Shown here one piece after another: positions 39,901 to 54,010 of a stretch of 64,000 nt of DNA. This DNA comes from Felis catus. Lineage: Eukaryota. Both the position numbers and the translations under genes were made by a program. Below the pieces are notes generated by a model that searched no databases, was not told where the DNA came from, and saw nothing but the letters and a program-made list of their open reading frames with translations. How positions within the stretch are numbered: position 1 is the first letter of the stretch; the number at the start of each line of letters is the position of its first letter. The stretch lies in the NCBI RefSeq assembly GCF_018350175.1, contig NC_058368.1, positions 78,060,001 through 78,124,000 on the forward strand. Direction: 5' to 3'.

Positions 39901-40342
39901 CAGCAAAAGCTGTTTCCATAGGAAACTACAGCATGAACACCTGATGCTCTTTCAGGAAAACGTCTGCTTCCATTGCGATGTTTCGCCATTCTCAGTGGAG
40001 TTTTTCAACCGACGTGTCTCATGGGTAGCTTTCAACGATAGAGATATAAACGTATTAGGGTCATGTCTCTACATATACATACTAGCAAGAGAGTTCTGTT
40101 TAACTGGATTCAATAAGGCTGAAATATGGTTTATCATCAGACTCTAAGTAGGTGCCTTGATCAAACTCAGGTCTGTAGGGTTCTAACGTCATGTCTGTAT
40201 TTGTAAGTATGAACGATGATCATGTGAGAAAGAACAAGTGATACACCAGAAAAAGGCAGATCATTAGTAACTGATAGGCAACGCTTTTAAGGCCATTGAG
40301 GGTAGTCCAGAGGACGAGGCACCTGGGGCTTAAGAGTTACTT

Positions 40343-40500
40343 GGGCGCCTGGGTTAAGTGTCTGACATGATCTCGCGGTTCATGAGTTTGAGCCCCACAT
40401 GAAGCTCACTGCTGTCAGCGCAGAGCCTGCTTAGGGTTCTCTGTCTGCCTCTTTCTCTGCCCCGCCCCCACTTGTGCTCTCTCTCTCAAAATAAATATTT
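40343..40500 (+). mobile_element. Can-SINE with internal deletions in the head
   Basis: GGGCGCCTGGGTTAAGTGTCTGACATGATCTCGCGGTTC. Confidence 0.85.
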
Positions 40501-40833
40501 AAAAATTTACAAATTTTTTATAAAAATTAATATAAAAAATTAATAAATTTTAAAAAATACTTAAAAAAACAGACTCATAATGGTGTGGTTCACTGAAAAG
40601 CACACTGATAACCAAAACTACCAAAACAGAAAGTAGAAAAGACTTGGAGTCTAATGCAACAAGCCAATTGTGTATGTAATAGGACACCTAGGGTACACAT
40701 TATTTATTAAAGGAATAATTGTGGAATATATCATTCTGTCCATTTCATTCATATTCGAATGAATACTTTATTCAATATTCGAATGTCTACTTTAGGTGAC
40801 TATAATTTTCTTGGATATAAAAAAGTTAATATA

Positions 40834-41052
40834 GGGGCTCCTGGGTGGCTCAGTCAGTTGAGTGTCCGACTTCGGCTCAGGTCACGATCTCACGCTCCGT
40901 AAGTTCAAGCCCCGCATCAGGCTCTGTGCTGACAGCTCGGAGCCTGGAGCCTGTGTCTCCCTCTCTCTCTGGCCCTCCCCCCTTTCATGCTCTGTCTCTC
41001 TCTGTCTCAAAAATAAATAAACCTTAAAAAAATAAAAAAATAAAATAAATTT
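40834..41052 (+). mobile_element. Can-SINE (SINEC_Fc-like)
   Basis: TSD AAAAAGTTAATA. Confidence 0.93.
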
Positions 41053-42254
41053 AAAAAGTTAATAGAAATTTTTACATAATGTCAGTAAGCTCCCAACCTA
41101 GCAAGGATACAGGCATAGAAATAACTAACAGTAAGTACGTTAACATATCCACAGTCTTCAGGGGAAAAAATCATCAGGGAATACAAGGAGCATCGGGCAA
41201 AGGTAAACGGTCCACAGATGAAGCTCCACTACTGGCTACTAGTAAAGGTGATATTCACTAACAAAACAAGAAAATATTAAAGGAAAAAAGTGAGCGAAGA
41301 AATTTGTCCCCATCAATTTGGCGAAATTTAAAAGAATGAGATACAACAGTGGTGAGAAGGATAGGAGTTTGGAGCAAGCAGCATGCATAAAATTTTTGAA
41401 TAACTTATTAATATTTTTAGTATTTATAAGTACAATATGGATATATTTACAACCAGTTAAAATTAATGTTCTTTCTGAGTCAACAATCCCCATCCTAGTT
41501 ATTTACCAAAGGAAATAATCACACCAAGGTATGAGACAAACGTATCTCTCATATGTGTATGGTTGTTCATCCCATCCTTTTGGCCACCATATATTTTGGT
41601 GTTGCCAGAACGTGAGATATCATTCAGCCACCAGAGACAATGCAGCAGAGTTACATGCACTAATTTAGAGACAGACCTGTCCACTTCAGGAAGATAAGGG
41701 GAGACATACACTGTTAAAGATAAAGAAGCAAGCAAAGTGCAAAATAAAAATAGTAACTGAGTTCATGTGAAAGTCTCTTGCTCCCATTGAAACAAGAAAA
41801 CACTGGGTAAAATAAAAGCATGCTTCTCTTTAACACCACCAAGAGCTATGTATGCAAACAAATCTAAATTAAATAAATTATGGAGAGAATAAGGCCTTCT
41901 TTGGGGAGCAAAGAGAGACAGCTGCCTAAACTAGGGCCACTTTTGCCTAAACTATGAAGCATATGTGACTGCTGAAACTAGAGAGACCTTCCTAGGACCA
42001 GGAGAAAATGGCCAAACTTTTAGTAACACTGTTGCCTGGAAAATCTTGCTGGTAACTGGAAGAGCCTCACACACACACACACAAAGGTTATCCTGACTTG
42101 ACAGTTCTTCTCCCCTGGAATTTTCTAAGTTAACTGAGGCAGAGCAGAGCTGAAAAACAGGGCATCACTGGAGTTGAAATTAGAGCTAAGCTGAATACAA
42201 CTCAAGCTACAAACAGACGCAGTCCCTCTGTCAACTCAATACGTTCAGTGTTGA

Positions 42255-42470
42255 GGGGTGCCTGGGTGGCTCAGTTGGTTAAGTATCTGACTCCTGATTT
42301 CGGCTCAGGTCATGATCTCACAGTTGGTGAGATCGAGTCCAGCATCGGGCTCTGCACTGACAGCGTGGAGCCTGCTTGGGATTCTCTCTCTCCCTCTCTC
42401 TCTATCCCTCCCTCACTCACGTGCGTGTGTGCTCGCTCTCTCTCAAAATAAATAAACTTCAAAAAGAAAA
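42255..42470 (+). mobile_element. Can-SINE
   Basis: Full head, CT tract and A tail. Confidence 0.93.
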
Positions 42471-42539
42471 GAAACCAAAATTAAAGGCTAAGATAAAATC
42501 ATTAACAATTAACTAACTAAATGATAGAACTACCGAACA

Positions 42540-43200
42540 CAAGGATTATTAATTTATAGGAAAAGACGGTTAGAAGGTGTGGACAGAGATTTCAGCAAAG
42601 AAACAATGGCTTTAAACTAAAACTAAATAGGCACAGAACTAAAAGATTAAAAGTATCAATAAAATATATAATAACATTAACAACACACTTGACATGGCAG
42701 AAAAAATCATCACCAAACTTGAAAAAAGGTAAATAAGTAGTCAAATCATAAAACATTAAAATAAAGCAAAGAAGAAGAAATCAAACATAGTATCAGAGAC
42801 GTGTAGGAAATCAAATAAACCCACCATACTTGATACTAGATTTCCAGAAAGGAGAATGAAGTAGAAAAGGATCAGAAGAGATACTGAGCTAACTTTATCA
42901 AAACTGATAAAAGATATCAATCCAGAAATCTAAGAAGTTTTGCAATGCCCAAGGAAGATAACCACTGAAAACCACATTCATGTATATTGTAGCCAAGGCT
43001 AAACACTAAAAATGAGAATTTTAAAAGCATCAGAGAAAAATGACTTTTCACATTCATAGACCGTACAGTAAGAATAACTGACATTTCATCAGAAATAATG
43101 GAAACACAAAGTTAATGGATGACATCTTTAAAGTAATGAAACTGAAAATTACCAACATGAAACCCTAGTTTTGACAAAATAGCTTTAAAAGACAAAGACT
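42540..43200 (+). mobile_element. Old L1 ORF1 remnant
   Basis: A-rich; AAAACTGATAAAAGATATCAATCCA...TTAAAAGCATCAGAGAAAA...GACATTTCATCAGAAATAATGGAA. Confidence 0.7.
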
Positions 43201-43201
43201 A

Positions 43202-43589
43202 GGGGAGCCTAGGTGGCTCGGTTGGTTAAGCTTCCGACTCTTGATTTCTCTTCACGTCATGATCTCATGAACCGTGAGATCAGTTAGTGAGTTTGAGCCC
43301 CATCTAGGGCTCTGTGCTGACAGTGTGGAGCCTGTCTCTCTCTCCTCTCTCTCTGCCCCTCTGCTCACTTGTTCTCTCTCTCTCTCTCTCTCTCAAAATA
43401 AGTAAATTTAAAAAATAGTTTTAAATCCTTTTTTAAAGTTTATTTATTTTGAGAGAGAGAAAGAAAAGTGGAGGGGCAGAGAGAGAAAGAATCCCAACGC
43501 AGTGCTCAAACCCAAGAACCAGGAGATCATGACCTGAGCTGAAACCAAGAGTTGAATGCCTAACCACCTGAGCCACCCAGGTGCCCCCC
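43202..43589. mobile_element. Tail-to-tail Can-SINE pair (+ 43202-43410; - 43428-43589)
   Basis: Two SINEs in opposite orientation with nested TSDs. Confidence 0.9.
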
Positions 43590-43649
43590 AAAAATAGTTT
43601 TAAAAGACAAAGACTCAATATAAAAGTTTTTAGGGAGATCTGAGTTTTC

Positions 43650-44480
43650 GTTTGGCAGTTTTTCTTTTCAGTCTGAAGAATTTCCTTTAGCATTTCTTAT
43701 GGTGGGCCCACCTGTCCACAAATTTTCTCAGCATTTATCTGAAAAGCTCTTTAGTTTACCTTTATAAAGTATACTTTTTAAAGTATACAAAGGCACACAT
43801 GCACGTAGCTACCATATCATTCAAAGTATGTAACATTTCTGTCATTCCATAGAGTGTTTTTGCCTACTTTGAATGCAATCCCAGCCCACCTGTCACCTAA
43901 CCAATTTATGTGATTTGTATCCCGATATATTATTTTCTCTGTTTTAGCACTTCACATAAATAGAATCGCAAAGTATGTATTCTTTTGTTTCTACCTTGTT
44001 TCATATAGCATGGTGTTTTTGAGTTTCAATGATGTGTAAATCAGCATTTAATTATTTTTTTTGATGAGTAGTATTATATTTTATAAATATAAATTATGCA
44101 TTCATTCACTTATGGAATGATATTTAGATCATTTCCATTTGAAGCTATTATGAATGAGTGGTAGTTGTGGGTGATAGCCTTTGTGTACACATTTTTATTT
44201 CCTTTGGGAAAACACCTAGGCAAGGGATTTCTGGGTTCTATGTTAAGCATATGTTTAAAGAAAATGCAGTAAAATTTGCCAAAGTACCATTTTACTCTAC
44301 CATTAGCAAAATAGGAGAGTTGTAGTTGTTTCATATTCTGGCCAATACTCTGTTTAATTGTATCCACTCTACTGGTTGTGAAATAGGATGTCATTATGAT
44401 TTTAATTTGCATTTCCCTATACACCAATGCATTTGAGCACCTGTTCTTGTGTTTATTGGCCAATCCTATGTCTTTTTTGT
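43650..44480 (-). mobile_element. Old L1 (L1M) antisense fragments
   Basis: The minus-strand ORF track gives ANKHKNRCSNALVYREMQIKIIMTSYFT, resembling the L1 ORF2 C-terminus. Confidence 0.8.
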
Positions 44481-44656
44481 ATAATTTCCAAACAGGAAAG
44501 AATACATAACCAATTCTTACAATTAAGTAACAAGAAGATAAAACCTCCCTCTAAATGGCCAAAAGACCTTTTTGGTCTCCTGAATATAGTTATAGCTACA
44601 AAAGTCCATAAAGAACCACACTATCTCACAAACTCTGTCAAGAAAGGCACAGAATA

Positions 44657-44755
44657 GTGTCTCCCTCTCTCTCTGCCCCTCCCCCGTTCATGCTCTGTCT
44701 CTCTGTCCCAAAAATAAATAAAAAACATTGAAAAAAAAATTAAAAAAAAAAAAGA
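44657..44755 (+). mobile_element. 5'-truncated Can-SINE
   Basis: 3' half only, flanked by TSD AAGAAAGGCACAGAATAG. Confidence 0.9.
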
Positions 44756-45609
44756 AAGAAAGGCACAGAATAGGTTATCTGAAAGAGTGAGGAAAATTTC
44801 ACTGAGCAGCTATAACTCTGTATTTATTGCCTCAGGTTGTGGTCAATAATACACCTTTTGTGTGCTGTATTGCCACATGATAACAGCAAGATTAAATATC
44901 TGTCTGGTTCCTAACAGTTTATAAATCTTTTGGAATACATTATATTATTGACTTTCAAAATATTTCTGTGAGGACAATATTATAAGTTTTCCTATTTTTT
45001 TCTATTTTTTTCTTTTTTCTCTTTATAGATGAAGAAACTGAGCTCCTGAAAATTTATGAATTTCCCTGGGCCAAACAGAAGGTGATATAATTTCTGCAGG
45101 ACTGACTGGAATCTAGTTTCTCTGTTCCCATAAAAATTATCTTCTCACTACAACCAAATTTTAAGCCCATTCTTGAAGTAAAGTAAAACTTATAGCTTAG
45201 GATGTATTCAAAACAGAATTTGCAAAGAGGAGACAATGGACAACCCCTACCCCCAATCTTCATGCACCATTACACGCTTCCCTGAGTGTCTGAGAAGAGG
45301 TGCTGACTCTCACACTTAACTTTCCTGCATTAAAGGATGGTGGCTGTTAGTTTATTGCATATCAGCATTCATTTTCTAGATTCTCCTCTCTGACTAGAAA
45401 TATCGCTTCCACTCCACTCACCATGGTAACAACACAGCTGAAGATTCTTACAGCTTGCCTACTGAAGAAAAATACTTGAAAATATCTTTTGATGCTAAAA
45501 TTGGTTTTGTTTTCACAGTATCGCATGAAGCAACCAAGGATGAGGGATATCACCATACATTTCAGATGGATTTACCCAGCAGGAGCATTGAGAAAATACA
45601 GGAAAGGAG

Positions 45610-45760
45610 AAGAGAGGAGAGGAGAGGAGAGGAGAGGAGAGGAGAGGAGAGGAGAGGAGAGGAGAGGAGAGGAGAGGAGAGGAGAGGAGAGGAGAGGAGA
45701 GGAGAGGAGAGGAGAGGAGAGGAGAGGAGAGGAGAGGAAGGGAGAGGAGAGGAGAGGAAG
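45610..45760. repeat. (GGAGA)n pentanucleotide purine tract, about 150 bp
   Basis: Direct reading. Confidence 0.97.
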
Positions 45761-45991
45761 GCGATATCAAGTGTACATACTTGAAGATACAGTTATCTAC
45801 ACATGTGCTCCCACAAACCATCCTTCACGTATATCACTGCATTCACTTGGTGTTGGGTATTTCCCATTTATCTGGATTCCACTGCCAATTTGACCATGGT
45901 ATTTTTGAGGGCAGAAACAACTCCTTATTCATCCTTGAACCTCCATCATAATTTTTAAGTGTGTGTTGGATAAAAGAATACATTAAGACTT

Positions 45992-46211
45992 GGGATGCCT
46001 GGGTGGCTCAGTTAGTTAAGTGTTCAACTTCAGTTCAGGTCACGATCTCTCGCTTCGTGCGTTCGAGCCCCACGTCGGGATCTGTGCTGACAGCTCAGAG
46101 CCTGGAGCCTGCTTCAGATTCTGTGTGTGTGTGTCTCTCTCTCTGCCTCTTCCCTGCTCATACTCTGTCTCTCTCTCTCTCTTTCAAAAATAAGTAAATA
46201 TTAAAAAAAAT
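45992..46211 (+). mobile_element. Can-SINE
   Basis: TSD AAAGAATA(C/G)ATTAAG. Confidence 0.93.
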
Positions 46212-46859
46212 AAAGAATAGATTAAGGCTTTTATATAAGAATCAAAAAATATAGAAACCAAAGAATAGTTAATTCCAAACAACTTTAGAAATCTTGGCAT
46301 GAAAGGAACTGCAAGGATACTATTTTTCTTGAATGTATTATTTGTGGTAAAACATGTGAATCAGTCTCTTTTCCTTTCTCCCAAGATAGGTTGCAGAGCC
46401 CTTCTGTCAAAGGTATTTGCTCAGATGCTTAACATCCGATTGAGTTCAACTAAACACATTTGGAAAGGTAAATAATTTGCCAAATGAGGTAGATGATGAA
46501 TTACAAAGCCACGCTTAAATGATTATTTTTCTTCTCATAGTTCTTATTAGTATATGTAAGTGAGCTTTTGTTCTATATCTTGCAGAATGGCTATGTTGCA
46601 GCTCAGTATTGAAACAGTCTTCTGTGTTTCCTATGTAAGAGAAAGGGTTTCATTGGAGCCACGGTTTGAGTCTGACAGTCATGTTGAGAGCTTCCTGTTC
46701 TTGGCTCCTAGTCATCAACAAACACTAATCTCCATTCTGGGAGAGGTAGACCAGTGGTGTGCTGTCCAACGTTTAACCAGCTCTCCAGGAGAAAAAAATA
46801 AAGCCCATGTTTGCAGTGTTTGCCATTTTCCACAGGGTAAATACGCCTACCGTGACCAA

Positions 46860-47142
46860 TTTCAAGGTGATAACACAATGTCACTGAGTGCAGACCTGGG
46901 AAGAAATGCACAGTAGTACACCGTGATATAGTAGCTCCATCATAGAGATATGATAAATGTCAGTAATCTTAAGAGCACAGATAATAAAACAGTTAATAAG
47001 TGATGTGTCTTGAGTATGTTATTAGTTTGGTTTTAATAAAATTCATTTAATTTTATGCAATTTAATTTGCAATAAAGGCTATTTTAAAACTTTAACAATC
47101 ATCTGTCATGAGGGGGCAGGAGCCTGCTCCAGCATACCACTG
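46860..47142. mobile_element. Arthur1-like hAT-Tip100 terminal fragment
   Basis: AAGAGCACAGATAATAA...TTTAACAATC...GAGCCTGCTCCAGCATACCACTG terminus. Confidence 0.6.
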
Positions 47143-50100
47143 GATATTGGCTCTGTATTTTGCCCTAGATTACAGTGAGCCAAGGGTATCTTGCCTGATT
47201 CCCTTAAATGGCCCATCCTGGCCTGAGTAAAGAGGTGGGCAGTCTTCCTCTCATTGTACAACTATGGCACAGACACATAGCAAGAGACATGGGGTGTCCT
47301 TCACTCGTAAAACCAGGGATTTTCAGAAAATTAGAGGCAGAGAAGTAGTATAGTGCCAGGTTCCCATTCTCTCACCACTCTCGCCTTTGTGTTGGGCAGG
47401 GCTGACCACAGCAAGGAAGTACACAATAAAAGGATCCAACCCTCCATATCAGCCTGTGTATTATAGAGGAAGAAGGACAAAGAATATGAAGTCCACTATG
47501 CAACAATGACATCTTCCTGCTGAGGAAATAACCTTATTTGAAAGTAAGAATTTCCAAAGCTGCCATTGAATCAACTTGTATATGCTGAGTCAGATTTTGG
47601 TGGACTTCTATTAGATAGAAGGAACTGAGCCTCTAGAACACTTTGGATGTGCTTTTATTTATCCCACACCAACGTAGGAGAGTCCCAAAATAGAGAAATG
47701 CCAGCTATAAGATGTCCTTGTTTGTTTTGTTTTTTTTTTTTCTCTCAGGCTGGACATTTGCTTTCCCAATTTTCCTGAGTGGTGTAGACTAATCCAAGAA
47801 GTTGCTGGGTCTCTTTATGAGGCAGTTAGTCTGGTTCAGGTCTTCTGGTGGAGTCCGAACTGTTGAAGGGAGTGATGACCTTACCATCAATCTGTGCCAC
47901 GGATAGCCTAGTCAGAAGACAGAAAGTGGCAGTGGAGGTAACTGAGAGAGGGTCTGCAGAACCAGCAAGAACCCAAGTGCATAATGTCAGCAAGATGACT
48001 GGGCTTCAGTCAAGCTGAAAGGAAATGGGCTAGATGCTTTACCAGACACCGTTTTTAGCAGAAATTCCAGCCAAAATGACCAGGGAGTGACCTTAACGAA
48101 CTACTCTTTAGAGAAGGTCACTGGAGAATGGAAGAACCCTACTCTTCTGCTGTCATATGTTACAGGAAGCTCCGTCATACACATGGGCATCGTCCTGGGT
48201 GGAGGAACGGGGGGGGGGGCGGTAATATTAGAGACAAAATATGTTTATCTAAAAACACCAAGTGATTCCTCAAAGGACTATTTGAATTATCCCATGGGAC
48301 TGAGTTTAATATACTGGGATTAAATTCTATTTTCCCACTTGCCATTGGAAATGAGCCATAAGAGAAAGGAATGCTTCAAAAAAAAAAAAAAGGTGAAGGA
48401 AGAAAGCTAAGTTTACCTTGCACATTTGAGTATGGTATTGATAAACCCATGACTTTTCCATAAAATATTCTTAGCAATCCAAGGCAAGGTTCCCACAGAG
48501 AGTACCAATCTTAAGTGGGACCACTTAGGTAAGATATTAAGTGTTCTCTATTATTTTTAATATTTCCACATATTACTATTTCAGCATCCTTCAAACACTG
48601 GTGGGAAACCAATTACTATACAGTATTTTAAAAATCCAAATACCTTCCATCTGCGCAGAGAACATGAAATTCACACACAAAAAAGTTAAATGACTTGCTC
48701 AAGGTCAGTCATTGGGTAATGGAACTAGTGTACAGCCTAACCCTCCTGATGCCTACTGGGATGCTATGTCCACTTAAATGTGTCACCCCGTTTACTAAAA
48801 ACATCTCCTGCGCTGCTACTCGTTTGTTCCAGGCCCAGGAATCCTCTTCTTTTAGAGAATTCCCAGGAGATTTCCTGTCTCTCACCAGCACCTCATTTAT
48901 TTAACTGGTACTTTTGATAAGGCTTTGAATGCAAGGTTTAGAATGACCAGAATCAGATGTCAGAAAAAAAGGCCTTTTCATCAAAGTCTGTTTCATTTCC
49001 ATACGATAAAATGTGAAATAATCCAAACGTTTCACCCACACTGACTTCACCACTCTCCGCCGAGAAAAAGCATCTGCACTAAAACATCCTTCAAGTTTTT
49101 GCTGTTGGACAATTTCCCTTAATGTTTTATAACAATAAATTTAAAACATAGTTATTAAAATAAAATAGGTCTGTTTAGGATTTCTAGATCTTCACTGATT
49201 AGTTCTGGTCATTTCTAGTTTTCTAGAAAATATTGCCTCTCACCCATGTTTTCAAAATTATTTGCTTAGCATTGAACAAAAAAAAAAGTCTCACGAGTTT
49301 AAATTCCCTGTCTGTAGTTAGCTCTTATCATGTCTGGATTTCAACAGTTGTGCTTTGCCTGTCCTCCTGTTTATTTTTTCCTTGGAAAGAGTGAGCTAAC
49401 AATCTGTAGACCTTATGATGCCCTTTACTCCTTCAAAGATCAAACTATATATTTTTTGTAATTGTTTTAGAGATACTCTGCAGTAATCCTTTTTCCTCCG
49501 CCCACCACCCCTGTGCCTCCAGTCTTAGCCAAAGGTCTTTAAAGAAAGTGTTCAAATGCTGGATGGTAATTGAGTTTATTTTCTTATTTTTCTTCATTCA
49601 TTGTTGTTGCATTTGGATGCTATCTTTATTCGTCCTTTTGGGGATGGTTTGAGGTTTTCTTTGTCGAGTTTTGTGACTATTGAAGGATGAACGGCCACTT
49701 TGTTGACTAGAGTCAATAGTAGGTAAAGTGCAAGTAAATCAACCAGTGTTTGTCGGCACACTTACGGGCAGGTAGCAAAGAGATCAGCAATGTTTCTACA
49801 GACAAGATGAACACTTGGCCCTAAAATTCCTCCCTGGAGAAAACGGGGCTGGAGAATGCTCACAGTATGTGAGTGAATGAAGATCGCTCTAGAACTCCTT
49901 GGAGCTTGAGTTCCTTCTAGATCCAATTTGGTATATTAGGCTTTAGAAATCCTACCAGTAGTCAAATCTGAATCCATGCCAGAGAACATCTCACCTGGGC
50001 CAGGTGTGCTTCATCAATCTCTGAGACACCCTGTGCAATTCATCACTGCGGGGTAATAGTGCCCTTAGACCTGAAGAAGTCCTCATCCATCATTCACAGA

Positions 50101-51650
50101 CTCAGGTTGTACAATCTGGCCCAAGCCAATTCATAACTTTAGTGTCTGAGAACCAGGACAGGGGACAATTTTCCAAACAGCTATGAGGGTCACGTTTAAA
50201 ATGCCTAAAACAACCTACAGTTTCCTCGGACTTGTGGATGAGCATATGGTCACTTGAAAAACAAAAGGCATATTCTCTGTTTTCAAGGTACAGAATTCAT
50301 TATATCAAGTAGGTCCTTTTATTCATAAAATTATCTGGGCCACCTTTGTCATTATTTTGTACACATATTGTGTCATACGAAAGGTATGCATCAAGGTATT
50401 TATTGCATTGCTTTTATTTCTCCTTGAATTGTCTGTTATTTTGTCTCATGAATGTTTATGATTTTTCATTACATGCATAATTGCTATTAGATTTTTGTTG
50501 TGGACTTCACACTTAGTTGGTACTAACTGCCCTTCTTTGTGTCCTATAGGGCTTAATAACTCAATAAATTTAACACCGCCTGGTACCAGGGCTACTGCCT
50601 TCAACTTGTGCCCCATGCTTCAAACATCCGATTATTATCAGTGTTTTCGAGGCACTTTGTTTTGGTGGTTTACATGAAACACACAATTGCATTTTATTCT
50701 TCGATGCTATGTGGGAGTATTTTTATTTTAATAGATTAGATGAAACCATCAAAGTTTCCTGATATGAAAAACATGGCTGTTGTTGGTTTTGCATTAATAT
50801 TTCATATAATTCTTATTGTTTCTTATTTTTTAACATATTGCCTATGTTTTTGTGTTTGTGTGCGTGCTCTTCTCTGATTGGAATTTTTGTAATTTTGTTC
50901 TGTTAGTCAACTTTGCAACTAAAACATTATTATACATACATGCTGTAGTTTACTTTTCTCTGACTTATATCAATTAATTATCTAAATCCAAAATGTCTTC
51001 TAAATAAATGTAGAGTTAATCAATGATGATGATTAATGATAATTATGTAGAAACATTAAATTTAGTTATAAATAATTCTTCATGAATTGTCTGCATATTA
51101 CAAATTTTGCTGGTGTCCCCACACAACTGTGTGTTTCTCTGGATGTGTCTTTAATCTGTTCTCAAGTTGGATACACTGGATCAGAGCCAGAGGCCTGGAA
51201 GTCATGAGTGAGGCTTCACTGAATTTTGATACCACGAAACGTGGTGCGTCGGCATGGAAATAACTTACACGACGAGCATAGCTCGGTTCTGCTTGTTTTA
51301 CTGACTGCAGTCTTCTCTCTACTGTTTTTTCCTTCTATTCCCCCTTCCTCACTTTCTTCTCCCTCATTTTCCTTATGTGAGATAAATATAGGGTTCAGAT
51401 AGGCTGTCTTCTCCCCACCCTCACACTCTGCATTAATTCATTGAGTCACGATATCCATCACCCTTAACAACTCCGTTTTATAAATATAATGTAATGAAAA
51501 CTGTAGCAACTGAAGGGGAACTAGAGCATCATAAATAGTCTGTGATCAGCTTCAACTTTGGTTCTCAAACAACCAATTAACGCTGCCAAGGCCTTCAATG
51601 CTAATGAGCTACTGGAGGACCACCAGATTCTTTTAAAATGTCATGCATGT

Positions 51651-51842
51651 AGAGGCGCCGGGGTGGCTCAGTCAGTTGAGTGTCCAGCTTTGGCTCAGGT
51701 CATGATCTTGTGGTTCGTGGGTTTGAGCCCCACGTTGGGCTCTGTGCTGACAGCTCGGAGCCTGGAGCCTACTTTGGATTCTGTGTCTCCCTTTCTCTGC
51801 CCCTCCCTCACTCTCTCTCTCAAAAATAAACATTAAAAAAAA
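51651..51842 (+). mobile_element. Can-SINE
   Basis: TSD AAAATG(T/C)CATGCAT. Confidence 0.92.
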
Positions 51843-52779
51843 AATGCCATGCATATACATGCAAGGAGAAAAAAAGCTGAGTGCAAGCACAATCAATATT
51901 TTTAAAAATATCTAAGCACCAAACAGAAGATGACTACTCAGAATTTTAAATTATTATTTTTGAATACTTAGTATAATGTTGCTTAATTAGAAAACAAAAT
52001 AATGTATTTATCTCTGAGAATAATTTTTCAGAATAAAATTTTTATTCATTAATTCACGTATCCATCCATAGATTCATTGAATATAAACTGAATTCCAGCA
52101 ATAGTCTAGGGAATATGAGTGTCATAAATGCAAATATGACATAGCCTTTTGAATACCTGTGTATTTTTTAATTACAAAATTCATGTACTTACAGAAAAGG
52201 CAGAAAAATAATGACAGAAGTAAACAAACAAAAAAAATAGCTAGATACACAGACAGATAAAATTAACACTATATTCATTGCAGTATATAACTTTCCATTT
52301 TTCAAGTCATACAAAAACATAAAAATATACATTAAACATTCATATTGTAAGTGCTTTCTTAAGCTTTTTTCACTTGCTAGAAAATACAATTATTTTCCAC
52401 GTAATTAGATGGTTAATGATACATAGTAATCTATTAAATCAATTCACCTAACTTCTTTAAATGGCCCACTATGATTGGACCTTTAGACTGAATTCTACCC
52501 TTCAATATTATGAACAATTGGTCTATATCATCTTTAGATGGTACAATTCTTCCAGTAAAATTCTGAGCAAGAGCCCAAAATAGAAATATTTATTAACTAT
52601 GTACCACTTCATGTATCTGTTTTTAATTTATGAAGGAAATTACAATTATTTTTTCCAAAATTATGTAAAAAAGAAAACTGGATGGATTTCTAAAAAGCTT
52701 TTCACTGTGAAACTCTATACGAAAAAACAAATTCTGTGTTCCCTCTGCAGTCTACTTTCATGCTTTGCTAGTACAGGAA

Positions 52780-53395
52780 CAGGGTAGCCTTTACTCCATA
52801 AAAAGGTCTTCTCTTCCACAAGGCATGACCATACGGGTTTCTGCTAAGTGCCTCAATGAACCACTGAGAATTCTCCACTTGGTCCCGCCAACTGGAGACC
52901 AATTCTGTACCTTGTGTGAGCTCTGGGGAGCTTTCAGCTTACTGTCCCTTGGTAATTCTTCATTTAGCATTTTGAAGGTCCACCCGCCGCATGCATGGCC
53001 TTGTATTGAGTGAGCAAAGCCTCCACAGGTATTCCTGTGCGGACTGCGAACACTCCGTTGCCCTGAGACTTCCTTCCTTCTAGAGTTCTGTCCCACAGCT
53101 TCGAGGCCCCTCAGTCTTTTGAACTTCCTATCTCCTTCTCTTCCATCCTATGACAAGTCTGGGCTCTGTCTGCATGCCCTCTTACGCTCCTGGTCCAAAA
53201 ACTGCGTCCAGGCAACAAGTTGGATAACAATCAGAGGACTCCTCTCGTTTGTTTGCTATCTCTGAAAGCTCACAGAGGCTACTTGTTATCCAGTGTCTGA
53301 AAACAGTTGTTTCATGTGTTCTTGCTATTTTTCTAATTAGTTATGACAGTAGGTTAAGTGGAGTCCTTGTCACTCCAACACAGCTAGGGGCAAAT
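52780..53395 (-). mobile_element. Old L1M 5' region, antisense
   Basis: CCAGTGTCTGAAAACAGTTGTTTCATGTG...GTCACTCCA motif, typical of antisense L1M 5' ends. Confidence 0.55.
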
Positions 53396-53809
53396 TTCTA
53401 CCCATTTAAATTGAGCTAACAAAAATAAAATTCACTAGACACGCTTTCTTTCTTGCACAAGTTTTCTGTTTTTATCTTTCAATCTTGCTTTGATGCTATT
53501 TCCTTTTGGTTAGAGAAATTACCTGGTCAAATTCTCCAGCACAACACCATGGATGGTACACCTACTAAGCACGTGCACATCAGACTATATCCTTTTGTTG
53601 TCACAGATGATTGCTATACTGCATATGCAATAATCTTGGACGGCAGTTCTGTCACTGAATAATCTTTAAATATTGTTTCTCTGCCTTCTAGTCTCCAGGA
53701 TTGTAAATAAGAATTCTGATGATGCGGTTCATGATAAATTTGTTGAAGCAGAGTCAGTATTAAATACCTCGATGCTGCTGCAAGATAGGTGTGTGGCATG
53801 AGAGCTCTT

Positions 53810-54010
53810 GGACCAAGTGATCCAGATCCTGACACTTCTGCTTAGTGGTGAGTGACCTTGGGTGAGTGACATAATATTTTTGTGCCTTATTTTCCTCACC
53901 TATAAAATGAGGATACATGGAAATACCAACCAGAGAGTAATAGTGAAGATTAAGTAAGTTTTTACGTATAAAGGGTTTAGAATACTGTGTGTAACTACTC
54001 ACTTGATGGT
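53810..54010 (+). mobile_element. MIR
   Basis: GTGACCTTGGGTGAGTGAC...TTTCCTCACCTATAAAATGAGGAT...GTGAAGATTAA. Confidence 0.75.

Noticed and set aside
45455..45893. ORFs with (EERRG)n or (LLSSP)n repeats
   Set aside because: They are translations of the (GGAGA)n microsatellite.
47143..48100. Possible ancient LTR (Gypsy/ERVL-like) segment
   Set aside because: The composition is suggestive, but I could not identify termini or a family with confidence.
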